A stretch of 64,000 nucleotides of DNA from Malacoraja senta (lineage: Eukaryota): contig CM075996.1 in assembly GCA_038087875.1 (NCBI GenBank), positions 4,032,001 to 4,096,000 of the forward strand, read 5' to 3'. A program made the translations under genes and the position numbers. The notes under the pieces are model-generated. The model made no database searches and was not told the origin of the DNA. It worked only from the letters and a program-made list of their open reading frames with translations. Below, piece by piece: positions 50,851 through 63,150 of the stretch; position 1 is the stretch's first letter, and the number at the start of each line of letters is the position of its first letter.

Positions 50851-51987
50851 ATGTGTTTTTTTAATCCAAGAGTGTCTATGCAGATATTAAAACCATGCAA
50901 CATGATTTTGGTTTGGCTCTGACCCATTTATGCCCTCATTTGATGTTAAAAATCTATAGGGTGCAAGGATCAGCCAAGCACAACACTGGTGTCACTAAGA
51001 AAGTTAAAGGGTAATTCTAATATATCTGAAATCTAAAATGAAAATACTGGAGACAGCAGGTCCAGTGGCATCTGAGGAAGAGTTCTACCCATTGGAGATG
51101 AAAGGGACTACATAATCATGCCATCTTTAGTAAAACACAAAAGTGCTGGAGTAAATCAACGGGTGTGACAGTATCTAGAGAAGGAATGAACAGGCTATGT
51201 TTCGGGTCAGGGCCCTTCTTAAGACTGGAGAAGGTTCCTGACCCAAAACGTCGCCTAACCGTGTTCTCCGGAGATGCTTGCTGTCTGACCTGCTGAATTA
51301 CTCCAGCACTTTCATAGAGTATTACAGCTTGGAAATAGACCCTTCGGCTCAACTTGCCCACATGTCCCATCTACAATAATCCCACCTGCCTGTATTTGCT
51401 CCATATCCCTTTAAACCTGTCCTATTCGTGTACCTGAAGGTCTGAAGTCACCCATTCTCTCCAGAGATCCTGCCTGACCAGCTGAGCTACTCCAACATTT
51501 TGTGTCCATCTCTCTCTAGTGTAAACCAGTATCTGCAGTTCCTTCCTACACATTATCCACTACATGTTTCTTAAAAGTTCTACCCAAAGGTCTTTCGCCT
51601 GAAATGTTGAGTCTTTTTTTTTTCTCCTCTTTCTTTTAAAGCCACATCATCTGCTGTATTTCCCCCCCCCCAGTATTATCTATACATGTAGATAATTCAG
51701 AAGTCAGATTCCTGAAGAAGGGACTGAGGACAGATTTAACATTGAAATACTGTCTGGTGGAATTTGTTGTGACGTTATTGGTATTCAGACCACTCCTTCC
51801 AAAGTGGGTGAGCTGTGCAAGAACCAATCGACACTAGTCGGAAATGATGCAAGAAGTTTTGTTTTGGACAAGCAGAGGCAAAGAATGGGTTCGTCTGCGG
51901 ATGGTCACAAGGTAATAGTTCTCTGTTTAGCAGCTGTGGGTCATTTAAAACATCGGTAGACACTGCAACAAGGGGAGACAGAGAAGG

Positions 51988-52014
51988 ATGGGTTCACGCG
52001 TAGAGAATTATAAG
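51988..52014 (+). CDS. TBC1D17: TBC1D17 first coding exon MGSRVENYK
   Basis: AGGATGG Kozak, AAG|gtatta, phase 0 fits the next exon; parallels the short human N-terminus MEGAGYR. Confidence 0.65.
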
Positions 52015-54804
52015 GTATTAACCATTTGTATGCTGTCGTACAGATACAAATACACACATGTAGTGGAAGGAAATATCGCATGCAGCCACAAAAGTAATAG
52101 TTGAGTCATTATGTCCCGTGGTACAGTGATATGATCGTAAAGAATGTCTAGGCATGAGGTGAGAGTTCAAAAAACAAAACAAAGCAAAACTTTCGAAATG
52201 TGTATAAAAGGAATTGCAAATGCTGGTTTAAACCAAAGCAAAACTTTCGGTGGTTAAAATCTGAAATACAAAACATGCCACGCAGTATCTTTGGGTGGGA
52301 GGTAGAGAAAGAATGAACGAAAGAGAGACAGAGTTAACTTTATAGGTCTATGCCCTTTCGTCCCAACATTACTGGACACAAAGAGAGTTATTACTTTGTT
52401 TAACGATGATCTGTCATAAAAGGTGGTCTGAAACCTTTGCTCTGTTTTTTTCTCTTCACTGATGTTGCCTGACATGCTGAGTATTTCCATGACTTTCTGC
52501 TTTGATTATAGGCAGAGATTTGCAAGGTATTATGTGATAAAGGAATGCACTGATTCTCTCCAAAGGTGTATTATTTGTCTTTCCGAGAGTTGACAGGGAC
52601 TTTGACCAGAAATATTAACTTTATTTCTCTTTGTACTAATGCTGTCTGACTGGCTGTTTCCAGCGCTTTATTATTTTCCTTTTGGATTTTCAGCACCTGC
52701 TGCGATTTAAAAAAAAACTTCTCATAAGCCCCTTTGAATAACAAAACTTTCAGCAATGGCCGCCTTCCAATTGATTTAAAGAAGAACCTTGCATGTATTT
52801 GATGGCAGGTCAAAACAGTGTAGTTGGTTAGGAAATTTGATGTTTATTCTAGATCAATCAATCATTCAATCAGATTTATTCATCACATACACAATAAAGT
52901 TCAGATGTTAGTTTCACCCCATATGTTCTTCCAAGCACTGCACTGGATCCAAAATACTGTTAAGCTGGGGCAGGTAAGAATTTCATTATTCTGTTACATA
53001 GGACAATTGAACACTCTAGACATGGCTTGAACACTCTAGACATGCCAGTGACAAGGGAGTCCTCCTGATTAAATATTACTGATGGTAGGCTGTGTTGTTA
53101 CCTTCTCCTCAGCTAACAATGAACCATTCTACATTTCCTTACCATCATCTGCTTTGATCTGCCGTTTTCACACCTTACCCTTCCATGTCTCTAGACTCCC
53201 TCTCCCCTGACCCTCAGTCTGAAGAAGGGTCTCGACCCGAAACATCACCCATTCCTTCTCTCCAGAGATGCAGCCTGTCCCGCTGAGTTACTCCAGCATT
53301 TTGTGACTATCTTCGGAGTGAACGATTATTGCGAAAGGAATGCAAAATTGAGATGCAGTCTTATATTAGATGGCTGAGCATCCTTGAGGTGCAGACGCCG
53401 TGCACTGCGAATATATATGTTCGTGTATACTGTATCGTGTGTTGGCCCACAATGGTATGCTCAAGGTTTTGGAATACAGCTTGTATCTTTGGCAACCTCC
53501 ATGATTACTGACGCTTGATCATTGAAAAGTACATAATTGTGGAATGCTGTTCCTAGTAGTTAAGTTGTGCAGGCGCACTGCAGCAGCAGCTAAGATGGAG
53601 GAGGAGCAGCTCAAGAATGCCCCACTTTGACTACCCACCACCCATCCCCAGCTATCTATTTCCATCACATAGGTGCACTCTGCTTGTAGTTCTGGTACAA
53701 ATTGTTAATGTATCTGGAAGCTTAGGTGGTGACTGTAAATCACCAGTATCTGTTGTACAGACATAGAATTAATATCCACTGCTAGGTGGTCCATGCCTCA
53801 GTGTAGGGCATAGAAAGACCATTTCGAGGGCCGCGGACGCAGAAGGCACAGTCAGAGCAGGGAGTGGGCTGAATTTAAAGTTACATTTTAGTTGCTCGAG
53901 CAGAGGCTGGAACCTGGAGCAAAAAACAAGTTGGAGAAACTTAGCGAATCGGGTAACATCTGTAGAGGGAAATGGACAGTCAACGTATTGAGTCGAGACC
54001 TTCATCTAAACTGAAAGAGGGGAGATAGCTAGAATAAAGAGCTGAAGGGAAGAGCTGGCAAGTGATAAATAGATCCAGAGGGGATGGTGTATTTGTAGAT
54101 TCAATTTCCTTCATTTCATAATTTAAGGCATGCTGTGTTTTAGAGGAATAGATGAATTAGGAGCTAGATTAAAAAAAAACATAATTATTCATCTTGTCTG
54201 AGATAGTTGAATATTTTATAAAGTATTCATTAGCATTGATGAGAAGTATGGTCGGCATAGGTGAGGTGGACTGAAGAGCCTGTTTCAATGCTGTCGAACT
54301 AGGACCCTATGACTCTGGATAGAATCTAACTCCGTTATTAATATACTTATTATGCAGCTGTCAGGATGGTGGAACATGTTGGGTCTTTTACACCCTGCAG
54401 TTCTTGTTTCTAACAAGAGGAAATATTTGCAGAAGTAAAACTGATTTGGGTTAACAATCTCACACCACCTTTTCTCTAAACCTTTGTACAAATCCAAACT
54501 TCTGCTTTCTCACCCGATGAGTAATTGGACAATTAGTTGGGGAATTTGGTGCCGTGCGTGTCTTTATTTTAAAGCCAAGTACCTGAATTGTCTCCATTTC
54601 GCCAAGAAAAACAATATTTACGTCACACACCACCATCCTCCTCAACCTCATCATTTCCTTACACTGAAGTCTCTGTAAACATGGCTGATTGTCCTTAAAA
54701 GACTCTAACTAGTTTTCAAATCCCCTTGCTCTTCCCAGCTCCCTAACCTCTGGCTTTTAGTTCACACGCAAAATGGAGGTGAATTTGGAGTTCTCTGATT
54801 TCAG

Positions 54805-55200
54805 GTCAGGTCGGGGGGAGTTCCCCCCCCGCCATGGGTACCATGTAATCCCATGCTACCTGCTCCATGGTTGAATAGTCGGCGACTAAACTGTCTCCCC
54901 CACCTGGTTTGCCAGATGAGGAGGGGGCTGTGGACCCCCAGCAGGACCAAAAACAAGACCTGTCAAAGGGCGGATGAGCTTCTAGCGAGCCAACGGCAAT
55001 CCACACTTCAGTAGAAGCTGTGATCACTGTCGTACATAGCATTGTGAGGAATGATGATAAAGCACACACACCAAAATCCTATGCTTCCAGCGGTGGAAGT
55101 CTGCAGGAACTGGAGGACAGAGATGTGTGGTGCGTCCGTCACCGTTCCCGTCGGAAACCAGCACCACTGCGTCGCTAATGTTTTCAACGATGATGATGAT
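54805..55200 (+). mobile_element. Unclassified short retroelement with (GAT)n tail, possibly RTE-mobilised
   Basis: Second partial copy at 7636-7850; terminal GATGATGATGAT; no tRNA A/B boxes seen. Confidence 0.6.
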
Positions 55201-55315
55201 CCGATTATGTGCATTTAAACTTTAAAGTCTGGCATGCACGTCTAATTGCATTCCTGCCTTTCACAACCAACGCTGCAGTCCTGTGACTGTTTTTCTTAAT
55301 CCTTTTCCCTAACAG

Positions 55316-55414
55316 GTAGCGTTTGAGAAATATGGTGTGTTTCTAAACACGAGCACAAAAAGGACACATGACCAGGATACACACATTCCTGGAGTGATTC
55401 GGATCATTGAAAAG
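55316..55414 (+). CDS. TBC1D17: TBC1D17 exon VAFEKYGVFLNTSTKRTHDQDTHIPGVIRIIEK
   Basis: cag|GTA...AAG|gtgag, 99 nt; matches the TBC1D15/17 N-terminus. Confidence 0.93.
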
Positions 55415-56757
55415 GTGAGAGTTCAAATGTGGTTATTTTGTAGAGCACGTGGCATTATTTGTCGTAGGAGTACTGTACAAAAACTAATTCCAATGGACGC
55501 CCTCTCTGGATCACAGCAGGGATCCATTGCTGAGAACCCCTCGTAACCCCAACAGTTTGCAAGTCGGAAATTCAGCAGTAAACTAAGTTAGTCTAAAGAA
55601 GTGTCCATATAACAATTACAGCACGGAAACAGGCCATCTCGGCCCTTCTAGTCCGTGCCGAACACTTACTCTCACCTAGTCCCATCTACCTGCACTCAGA
55701 CCATAACCCTCCATTCCCGTCCATATACCTATCCAATTTATTTTTAAATGATAAAATCGAACCTGCCTCCACCACTTCCACTGGAAGCTCATTCCACACA
55801 GCTACCACTCTCTGAGTAAAGAAATTCCCCCTCATGTTACCCCTAAACTCTTGTCCCTTAATTCTCAAATCCCAATTTTGTCCCAACCCGAAACATCACC
55901 TATCCTTTTTTCCCCCAGAGATGCTGCCTGACCCACTGAGTTACACCAGCATTTTCTGTCTATCTTTGAGTTCCCACATAGCAGATGATGCCTGCAGAGT
56001 TGGGTTTTCCCATTGGAGGAGATTACATGGAGAAGCATTTTAAATCTCCTTCTGCCATTCTGAATAACAAACTGATATTAACAAATTTAGCCAGAGCCTA
56101 TCTGGGGCTAATAATATCAGTCATAGAGCCTTCGTTCTAATTTGCCCACAACGGCCCACACGTCCCATCTACAGCAGTCCCACCTGCCTGCCTTTGGCCC
56201 ATGTCCCTCTAAATCTGTCCTACCTGTCTAACTGTTTCTTAAACGTTGGGATAGTCCCAGCCTCAACTACCTCCTCTGGCAGCTTGTTCCATACACCCAC
56301 CACCCTTTGTGTGAAAAAGTTATCCCTCAGATTCCCTTTAAACCTTTCGCCCTTCACCATAAACTGTCCTCTGCTGCTAAATGCTATTGATGTTTTTTTA
56401 AATGGGCCCTGCTGCTGGCCTGGATGGCATTTCTCTAAATAGGATTTGCAAAATGGACATCAACATGTTAACTCGAATGTATACTTTTTGGGTCGACGTG
56501 GCAAAATTCTGGCCAGTGTCAAGCGATGTCCACCAGTAGATTTGCAAAAGCAGGTTACATCCACCCCGCCGGCCTTCCAAACGCTCGTCCATATGTATAA
56601 ATGTCCGTTTGCATGTCAGACGTTCATAACCCAGGGACAACAACCTGTAATGTGCCATTTCCAGTCATTCAAAAGTGCAACATGTTAGCCAAATTAATTT
56701 CAGGCGCAGCCAGATAGTGGACATGACCTATTGCTAGTCCCATAAGCAGAATGACCT

Positions 56758-57223
56758 GGGCGGTCACGGTGGTGCAACGGTAGAGTTGCTGTCTTACAGC
56801 GAATGCAGCGCCGGAGACCCGTGTGCGATCCCGACTACGGGTGCTGTCTGTACGAAGTTTGTACGTTCTCCCCGTGACCTGCGTGGGTTTTCTCCGAGAT
56901 CTTCGGTTTCCATCCACACTCTAAAGACGTACAGGGTTTCTAAGTTAATTGGCTTGGTAAAAATGTAAAAATTGTCCCTAGTGAGTGTAGGATAGTGTTA
57001 ATGTGCGGGGATCGCTGGTCGGCTGACTTGATAAAAATGTAAAAATTGTCCATAGTGGGCGTGGAATAGTGTTAATGTGCGGGGATCGCTGGTCGGCTGG
57101 CTTTGTATAAATGTAAAAATTGTCCCTAGTTGGTGTAGGATAGTGTTAATGTGCGGGGATCGCTGGTCGGCGCGGACTCGGTGGGCCTAGGGGCCTGTTT
57201 CAGCGCTGTATCTCTAAACTAAA
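56758..57223 (+). mobile_element. HE1-like SINE with internally triplicated ~74-bp 3' segment
   Basis: AAATGTAAAAATTGTCC...GGGGATCGCTGGTCGG occurs three times in tandem (~56951-57170). Confidence 0.9.
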
Positions 57224-58074
57224 TGATACAATCAATAATTAATCTTACTTTCAAAGAAAGGATCACACAATGAAGAAACTGTATGTGATCTTTCACATGG
57301 CTGTGACAAAGAGGTGGATATTTCACCTTTTTCAGTCTGTTCATCATAAATCAATGGGACATTATATTATGTGTTGATGGCACACGTTGTGGTTGAATAT
57401 GCCAATCGCCCCAGATTAATATGGATTATTAGGTTCCTTGCGCCAAAATAAATTAATTAAAGAGTTGGCTTTTTGAACGAATCTGACTGCAGTTTCCTTC
57501 CACCCATGTCCTCTTGTCCATTTTCTGATCAGTACAATCAATTTTAATTCTGGACCACTTCTGGGCTGCTGTTCTCTTACCACAAGCACAACGCAGCATA
57601 TTTTCTAATTTTGTTGCATTTTGTGTCGATCACTGCTAATTGTATGGGGAAATGGTGGAAGTCAAGCATGCTTATACAACCATACCAGAAAAAGTACCCC
57701 TCTGAAGAACGGTCTTGACCCGAAATGTCGGCCATTCCTTCTCTCCAGAGATGCTGCATGTCCCGCTGAGTTACTCCAGCATTTTGTGTCTATCTTCGGT
57801 TTAAAGCAGCATCTGCAGTTCCTTCCTCACACAGTACCAGAAACATGTCGGATTGTTTAATCCCAAACCATCTGAACACTCCTTGGGGAATTATTGGGAT
57901 TGTGTGCCATGCTGCTTTGCTCTCTGCCCAATTTGATATGCTTCATATTTTTGTCAGTAAAAGCAATATTGTGTAAAATATTAAAAAGGGCACCACCTCA
58001 CCTACGCCCCAACCCGATTTGTGAAATTACCATTCAGTCTTAACGAGATGATTTGTTCTTGTTCTGTTCCTCAG

Positions 58075-58149
58075 GGTTCTGATACAGTCGTGGAGTGGAT
58101 TCCGGTAAGTGAGAGTGGAGAACATTCTCAGTTCCTGTACTCCAAGAAG
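58075..58149 (+). CDS. TBC1D17: TBC1D17 exon GSDTVVEWIPVSESGEHSQFLYSKK
   Basis: cag|GGT...AAG|gtaaat, 75 nt phase 0-0. Confidence 0.9.
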
Positions 58150-58264
58150 GTAAATCTACATAGAACTGTACCGCACAAGGACAGAACCACACTGTCTGTT
58201 CTGAACAGCGTGCGTATACACATACCCACTCATACGCACACATATGTGGATTATATACTCATCC

Positions 58265-58271
<7 letters not shown>

Positions 58272-58320
<49 letters not shown>
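58272..58320. repeat. (AC)n microsatellite
   Basis: Visible run. Confidence 0.98.
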
Positions 58321-58323
<3 letters not shown>

Positions 58324-58467
58324 TAGTGCTGTAATAACAATAATAGTTCAGAGCTTATTTGGAGGTTATCGTGTTTAATAGCCTAATGGCTGCAGGGAAG
58401 AAGCTGTTTCGTTCGTAACTTTCCATAGTTGTCCCAGCTTCTATCGGCTACTTTGTGTGTTTTGCAG

Positions 58468-58588
58468 GATAGCAATGTGAATGGAGCCTGCCACACTGAA
58501 GAGGAGATGTTTGATCCAGGTTACGAGCCTGACTGGGCTGTTATTAGCACAGTAGGGACCAGGATACGGCCACAGGAGGAAGTACGTG
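58468..58588 (+). CDS. TBC1D17: TBC1D17 exon DSNVNG...FDPGYEPDWAVISTV...EEVR
   Basis: cag|GAT...G|gtaag, 121 nt phase 0-1; FDPGYEPDWAVISTV is characteristic of TBC1D17. Confidence 0.96.
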
Positions 58589-58787
58589 GTAAGAGGCAGC
58601 TGCTCAATACTCTAATGCATTGACGGTTTTTGCATCTTAATCATGCACTTGTTAAGGTAAAGTGCTGGCACTTAAACAATGTGAGATCATAAAAGAGTAG
58701 TGAATCATTTTACAAATTAGGTGAGTTTGAGTGCTCAGGTACTTAGTTTATTTATTTTCTTATGTGCAGAGATGCAATGAAATGCTT

Positions 58788-59077
58788 GTTTAGTTTCGAG
58801 ATACAGCGCGGAAACAGGCCCTTCGGCCCACCGAGTCTGCGCCAATACTAGCACTATCCTACACACACTAGGGACAATTTACAATTTCTTACCGAAACCA
58901 ATTAACCTACAAACCTGTACGTGTTTGGAGTGTGGGAGGAAGCTGGAGCACCCGGGGAAAACCCACGCGGTCACCGGGAGAACGTACAAGCTCCGTACAG
59001 ACTACCGGTAATCGGGGTCGAACCCGGGTGTCTGACGCTGAAAGGCAGCAACTCTACCGCTGCGCCACCGTGCCGTC
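58788..59077 (-). mobile_element. HE1-like SINE
   Basis: Reverse complement of the SINE consensus in this window. Confidence 0.85.
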
Positions 59078-60332
59078 ACCCTACATCCTATCCAGTCAAA
59101 TCCTGCTACAACAGCTCGTAGAGAGACATCGCATTCCGGCGTCATCTCGCAATGACCAAGTCTCTGGAAAGTCTGACCTTTGCCCAGGAGATGTGCAGTT
59201 TCTTATTTTCTCCCCTTAAGGTCCAGTGAACTGTGGCACTGGATCAGTGAGTTTAGGGGACAGCCTGGCCCAGTGACATGTTGTTTTCTCCTCCTACCGC
59301 CACTCTGTGCAGCTCCTTGAAGTAGCTAACATATTTAGCACCAATTTAGACAATAGGTGCAGGAGTAGGCCATTCGGCCCTTCGAGCCAGCACCGCCATT
59401 GTCAGTAAGTAAGTAAGTTTATTGGCCAAGTATTCACATACAAGGAATTTACCTTGGTGCTCCACCCACAAGTAACGACATGACATACAGTGACAGTTAC
59501 GAATGACTCAGAAAACACTAAACATTAATAATAATAAAACATTAATGATAAAACACCATTGATCAAGCATGTGAACCAACAACATTCAATGTGATCATGG
59601 CTGATCATCCCCAATCAGTACCCCGTTTCTGCCTTCTCACCATATCTCCTGACTCCGCTATCTTTAAGAGCCCTATCTAGCTCTCTCTTGAAAGTATCCA
59701 GAGAACCGGCCTCCACCGCCCTCTGAGGCAGAGAATTCCACAGACTCACAACTCTCTGGGTGGAAAACAGAGAGTTGCAGTACTGATGTGCTCACAAATG
59801 TTGTATTTTATCATTTACTGTATGAAAATGAAAATATTCTTCCATAAAAATAATTGGGAAGAATTCGGTTTATCAGGCAAATTCCCCACAGGCTGCAGTG
59901 GATTGTTTGAAAGTGCGCAGATTTTAATCACTTTAATCATTGGGCACAGCAGTACATGTGTGCATCTACATGGTCCACTAAGAGTTTCAACATTTTCTTT
60001 GTCTAAGTTACCTTTTCAGTATCTACTTTTTTTCCCACTGCCTTGAGAAAGTTATGACGGTGCATTTCTTATAACGTTGACCTCTTTGAAAGAGGAGTCA
60101 GAATAACCAAAGAAATAATTTTGTTTTTTGCTTGGGAGATGGATCAACGATTTACATCCTGCACAAAGCAGTTTCGTTGGGGATTTGGACCCAAGGGTGA
60201 TAAAGCAATGGTGATATATTTCCACAGAGCAGCTTTAATCTGGAAGATTGCAACTATTTTTCCTGTTTGTTGCGTCTTCCTTGATTGATTGGGTTTTATT
60301 TTTTTCTTCCCCTCTCTCGTGCCATTTCTTAG

Positions 60333-60543
60333 CTGTCGCCCAGTCTCCAGGAGTGCACAGCCAGTGGGCCTTCTCCATCAGTCTGTCCGAGCTGAAGTCC
60401 ATCCGCAAAAACAAGCCGGGCCTGGGCTGGTCGTACCTCATCTTCATCAGCAAAGACGGCATCTCCTTTCCAGCTCTTCACTTCCACGCTGGCGGCACCA
60501 GAGCTTTGCTCAAGTGTCTGTGTAAATACGTGGTCCTGGCAAC
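60333..60543 (+). CDS. TBC1D17: TBC1D17 exon (A)VAQSPG...WAFSISLSELKSIRKNKPGLGWSYL...PALHFHAGGTRALL...VVLA(T)
   Basis: tag|CT...AC|gtgag, 211 nt phase 1-2. Confidence 0.96.
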
Positions 60544-61375
60544 GTGAGTATCAAGTACCTCCGTCCGCTGTGGGCCATTGGTCCACTCGCCTCACTCGTG
60601 CAGGCTCTTTTACATCATAGTACAGCACAGGAACAGGCCCTTCGGCCCGAAACGTCATTGCCGAACACCATGCCAAATCAAACCAATCTCCTCTCCCTGC
60701 ATGTGATCCATATCCCTCCATTCCCTGCACAGGCATACGCCTATCCCAAAGCCTCTTAATTGCCACTGTCGCATCTGCCTCCACCCACCACCCCCAGCAA
60801 TGTCTTCCAGGTACCCGTGTGCAGTCTTTTATAACGTACTACAGCACAGGAACATGCAGAAGCCTATCCCCGTTCCTGCTTTTTCCCCATATCCCTTGAT
60901 TCCTTTAGCGCCTAGAGCCAAATCTAACTCTCTCTTGAAAACATCCATTGAATTGGCCTCCATTGACTTTTGTGGCAGGCATATATAGGAATTTTCACAA
61001 CTTGTTCCGGTATAGTGACCCTCCGAGTATCAATCAGCAGTCTTCCAGTCTATTTCGATCTTTGTCAATGCCTCCGGAGCGTTTAATATTAATCAAGCGG
61101 ATCGCTGTGGGAGCTTCGTGAAGAAGGCGTTTTTTTTCCACCGCGGTTTTTTGTCAGAAGTTGAATTGAATTTCTTTATTTGTCATTCACAGACAAGCTT
61201 GAACGAAATGTTGTTACCATGCAGTCATAGCAGTAAAAAACGCAACAAAACGCACAATTAACACAAACATCCATCATAGTGACCCTCCTCACCGTGATGG
61301 AAGGTAAAAAAAAGTCTTATCTGCTGTCTGTCAGTTGAATGGTTTGTTGACTGCGGTTGTCAATCTGTTTGGCAG

Positions 61376-61487
61376 GTCCAAGAAGGACTCTCGTCTCTAC
61401 CTAGTCTACTCTCACGACTCTCACGCTCTGTCTCAGTCCTTTGATGAGTTGCAGCTGTTTGATGAGCATTCCTCAGATCTGGTTTCA
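61376..61487 (+). CDS. TBC1D17: TBC1D17 exon SKKDSRLYLVYSHDSHALSQSFDELQLFDEHSSDLVS; gene continues beyond the window
   Basis: cag|G...TCA|gtgag, 112 nt phase 2-0. Confidence 0.95.
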
Positions 61488-62059
61488 GTGAGTAACTCTT
61501 GTTTGCCTCAGGCTTACTTTGTGGGGACAGGTTGGGATTCAATCAACATCCACTTTGTGAATGTCCATAACATACCAGCGGCAACAGTGTTTCATATTCA
61601 TGTGATAGGAGCAGAATTAGGCCATTCAGCCCATCAAGTCTACTCCGACTTTCAATCATGGCTGATCTATCTTTCTCTCTCAACCCCATTCACCTGCCTA
61701 CTCCCCATAGCCTCTGACACCCGTACTAATCAAGAATCTATCTATCTGTGCCTTAACAATATCCATTGACTTGACCTCCACAGCCTTGTGGCAATCAATT
61801 CGTAACCTTCTGACTAAATAAATCCCTATCTAAAGAGCTAGATAGGGCTCTTAAAGATAGCAGAGTCAGGGGATATTGGGAGAAGACAGGAACGGGGTAC
61901 TGATTGTGGATGATCACATTGAATGGCGGTGCTGGCTCGAAGGGCCGAATGGCCTACTCCTGCACCTGTTGTCTATTGTCCTCGTCTCCTTCCTAAAGGA
62001 ACGTTCTTTAATCTAAGTCAATGACCTCTGGTCCTAGACTCTCCCACGAGTGGAAACAT

Positions 62060-62610
62060 CCTGGAGTATTGCGTACAGTTTTGGTCTCCTAATCTGAGGA
62101 AGGACATTCTTGCCATAGAGGGAGTACAGAGAAGGTTCACCAGACTGATTCCTGGGATGGCAGGACTTTCATATGAAGAAAGACTGGATAGACTTGGCTT
62201 ATACTCGCTGGAATTTAGAAGATTGAATATAGAAACTTACAAAATTCTTAAGGGGTTGGACAGGCTAGATGCAGGAAGATTGTTCCCGATGTTGGGGAAG
62301 TCCAGAACAAGGGGTCACAGTTTAAGGATAAAGGGGAAATCTTTTAGGACTGAGATGAGAAAAACATTTTTTACACAGAGAGTGGTGAATCTGTGGAATT
62401 CTCTGCGACAGAATGTAGTTGAGGCCAGTTCATTGGCTATATTTAAGAGGGAGTTAGATGTGGCCCTTGTGGCTAAAGGGAGCAGGGGGTATGGAGAGAA
62501 ATCAGGTACAGGATACTGAGTTGGATGATCAGCCATGATCATATTGAATGGCGGTGCAGGCTCAAAGGGCCGAATGGCCTACTCCTGCACCTATTTTCTA
62601 TGTTTCTATC
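62060..62610 (+). mobile_element. CR1 LINE 3' fragment nested in an opposite-strand CR1
   Basis: ORF 62157-62519; host CR1 (-) continues at ~61590-62060 and ~62610-62795. Confidence 0.88.
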
Positions 62611-62829
62611 CTCTCCACATCCACTCTATCCAGGCCTTTCACAATTCGACAAGTTTCCACGAGGTCCCCCCCTCATCCGTCTAAACTCCAGCGAGTACAG
62701 GCCCAGTGCCGACAAACGCTCATCATATGTTAACCCACTCATTCCTGAGATCATTCTCGTAAACCTTCTCTGGACCCTCTCCAGTGCCAGCACATGTCGG
62801 CAGATGTACGATTAAAAAGAGACCAAGAA

Positions 62830-63150
62830 ACCAGATGCTGGATTTCCCAGTCACTAACCATTTGAATTCCCTTTCCCATTCCCATACTGACCTTTCTTTT
62901 CTTGGCCTCCTCAATTGCCAGAGTGAAGCCATGGATGGCCAAACTGGAAGAACACCACCTAATATAGCCTACCCCTCGCCAGGCTTTGTCCCAATCCCAC
63001 TTCTCTTTTCCAGCTGTCCTTCCCCCTACTCTCCGACTGAAGAAGGGTTCCGATCCAAAACATTGTCCATTCCCTCCACAGATGCTGCCTGACTAGCTGA
63101 GCTCCTCTGGCCCTTTTGTCTTTGGCTCACAATTCCAGCATCTGCAGTTT
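62830..63150 (+). mobile_element. Degenerate PLE GIY-YIG C-terminus joined to terminal repeat
   Basis: DFPVTNHLNSLSHSHTDLSFLGLLNCQSE, followed by CTGAAGAAGGG...GATGCTGCC...GCATCTGCAG. Confidence 0.75.
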
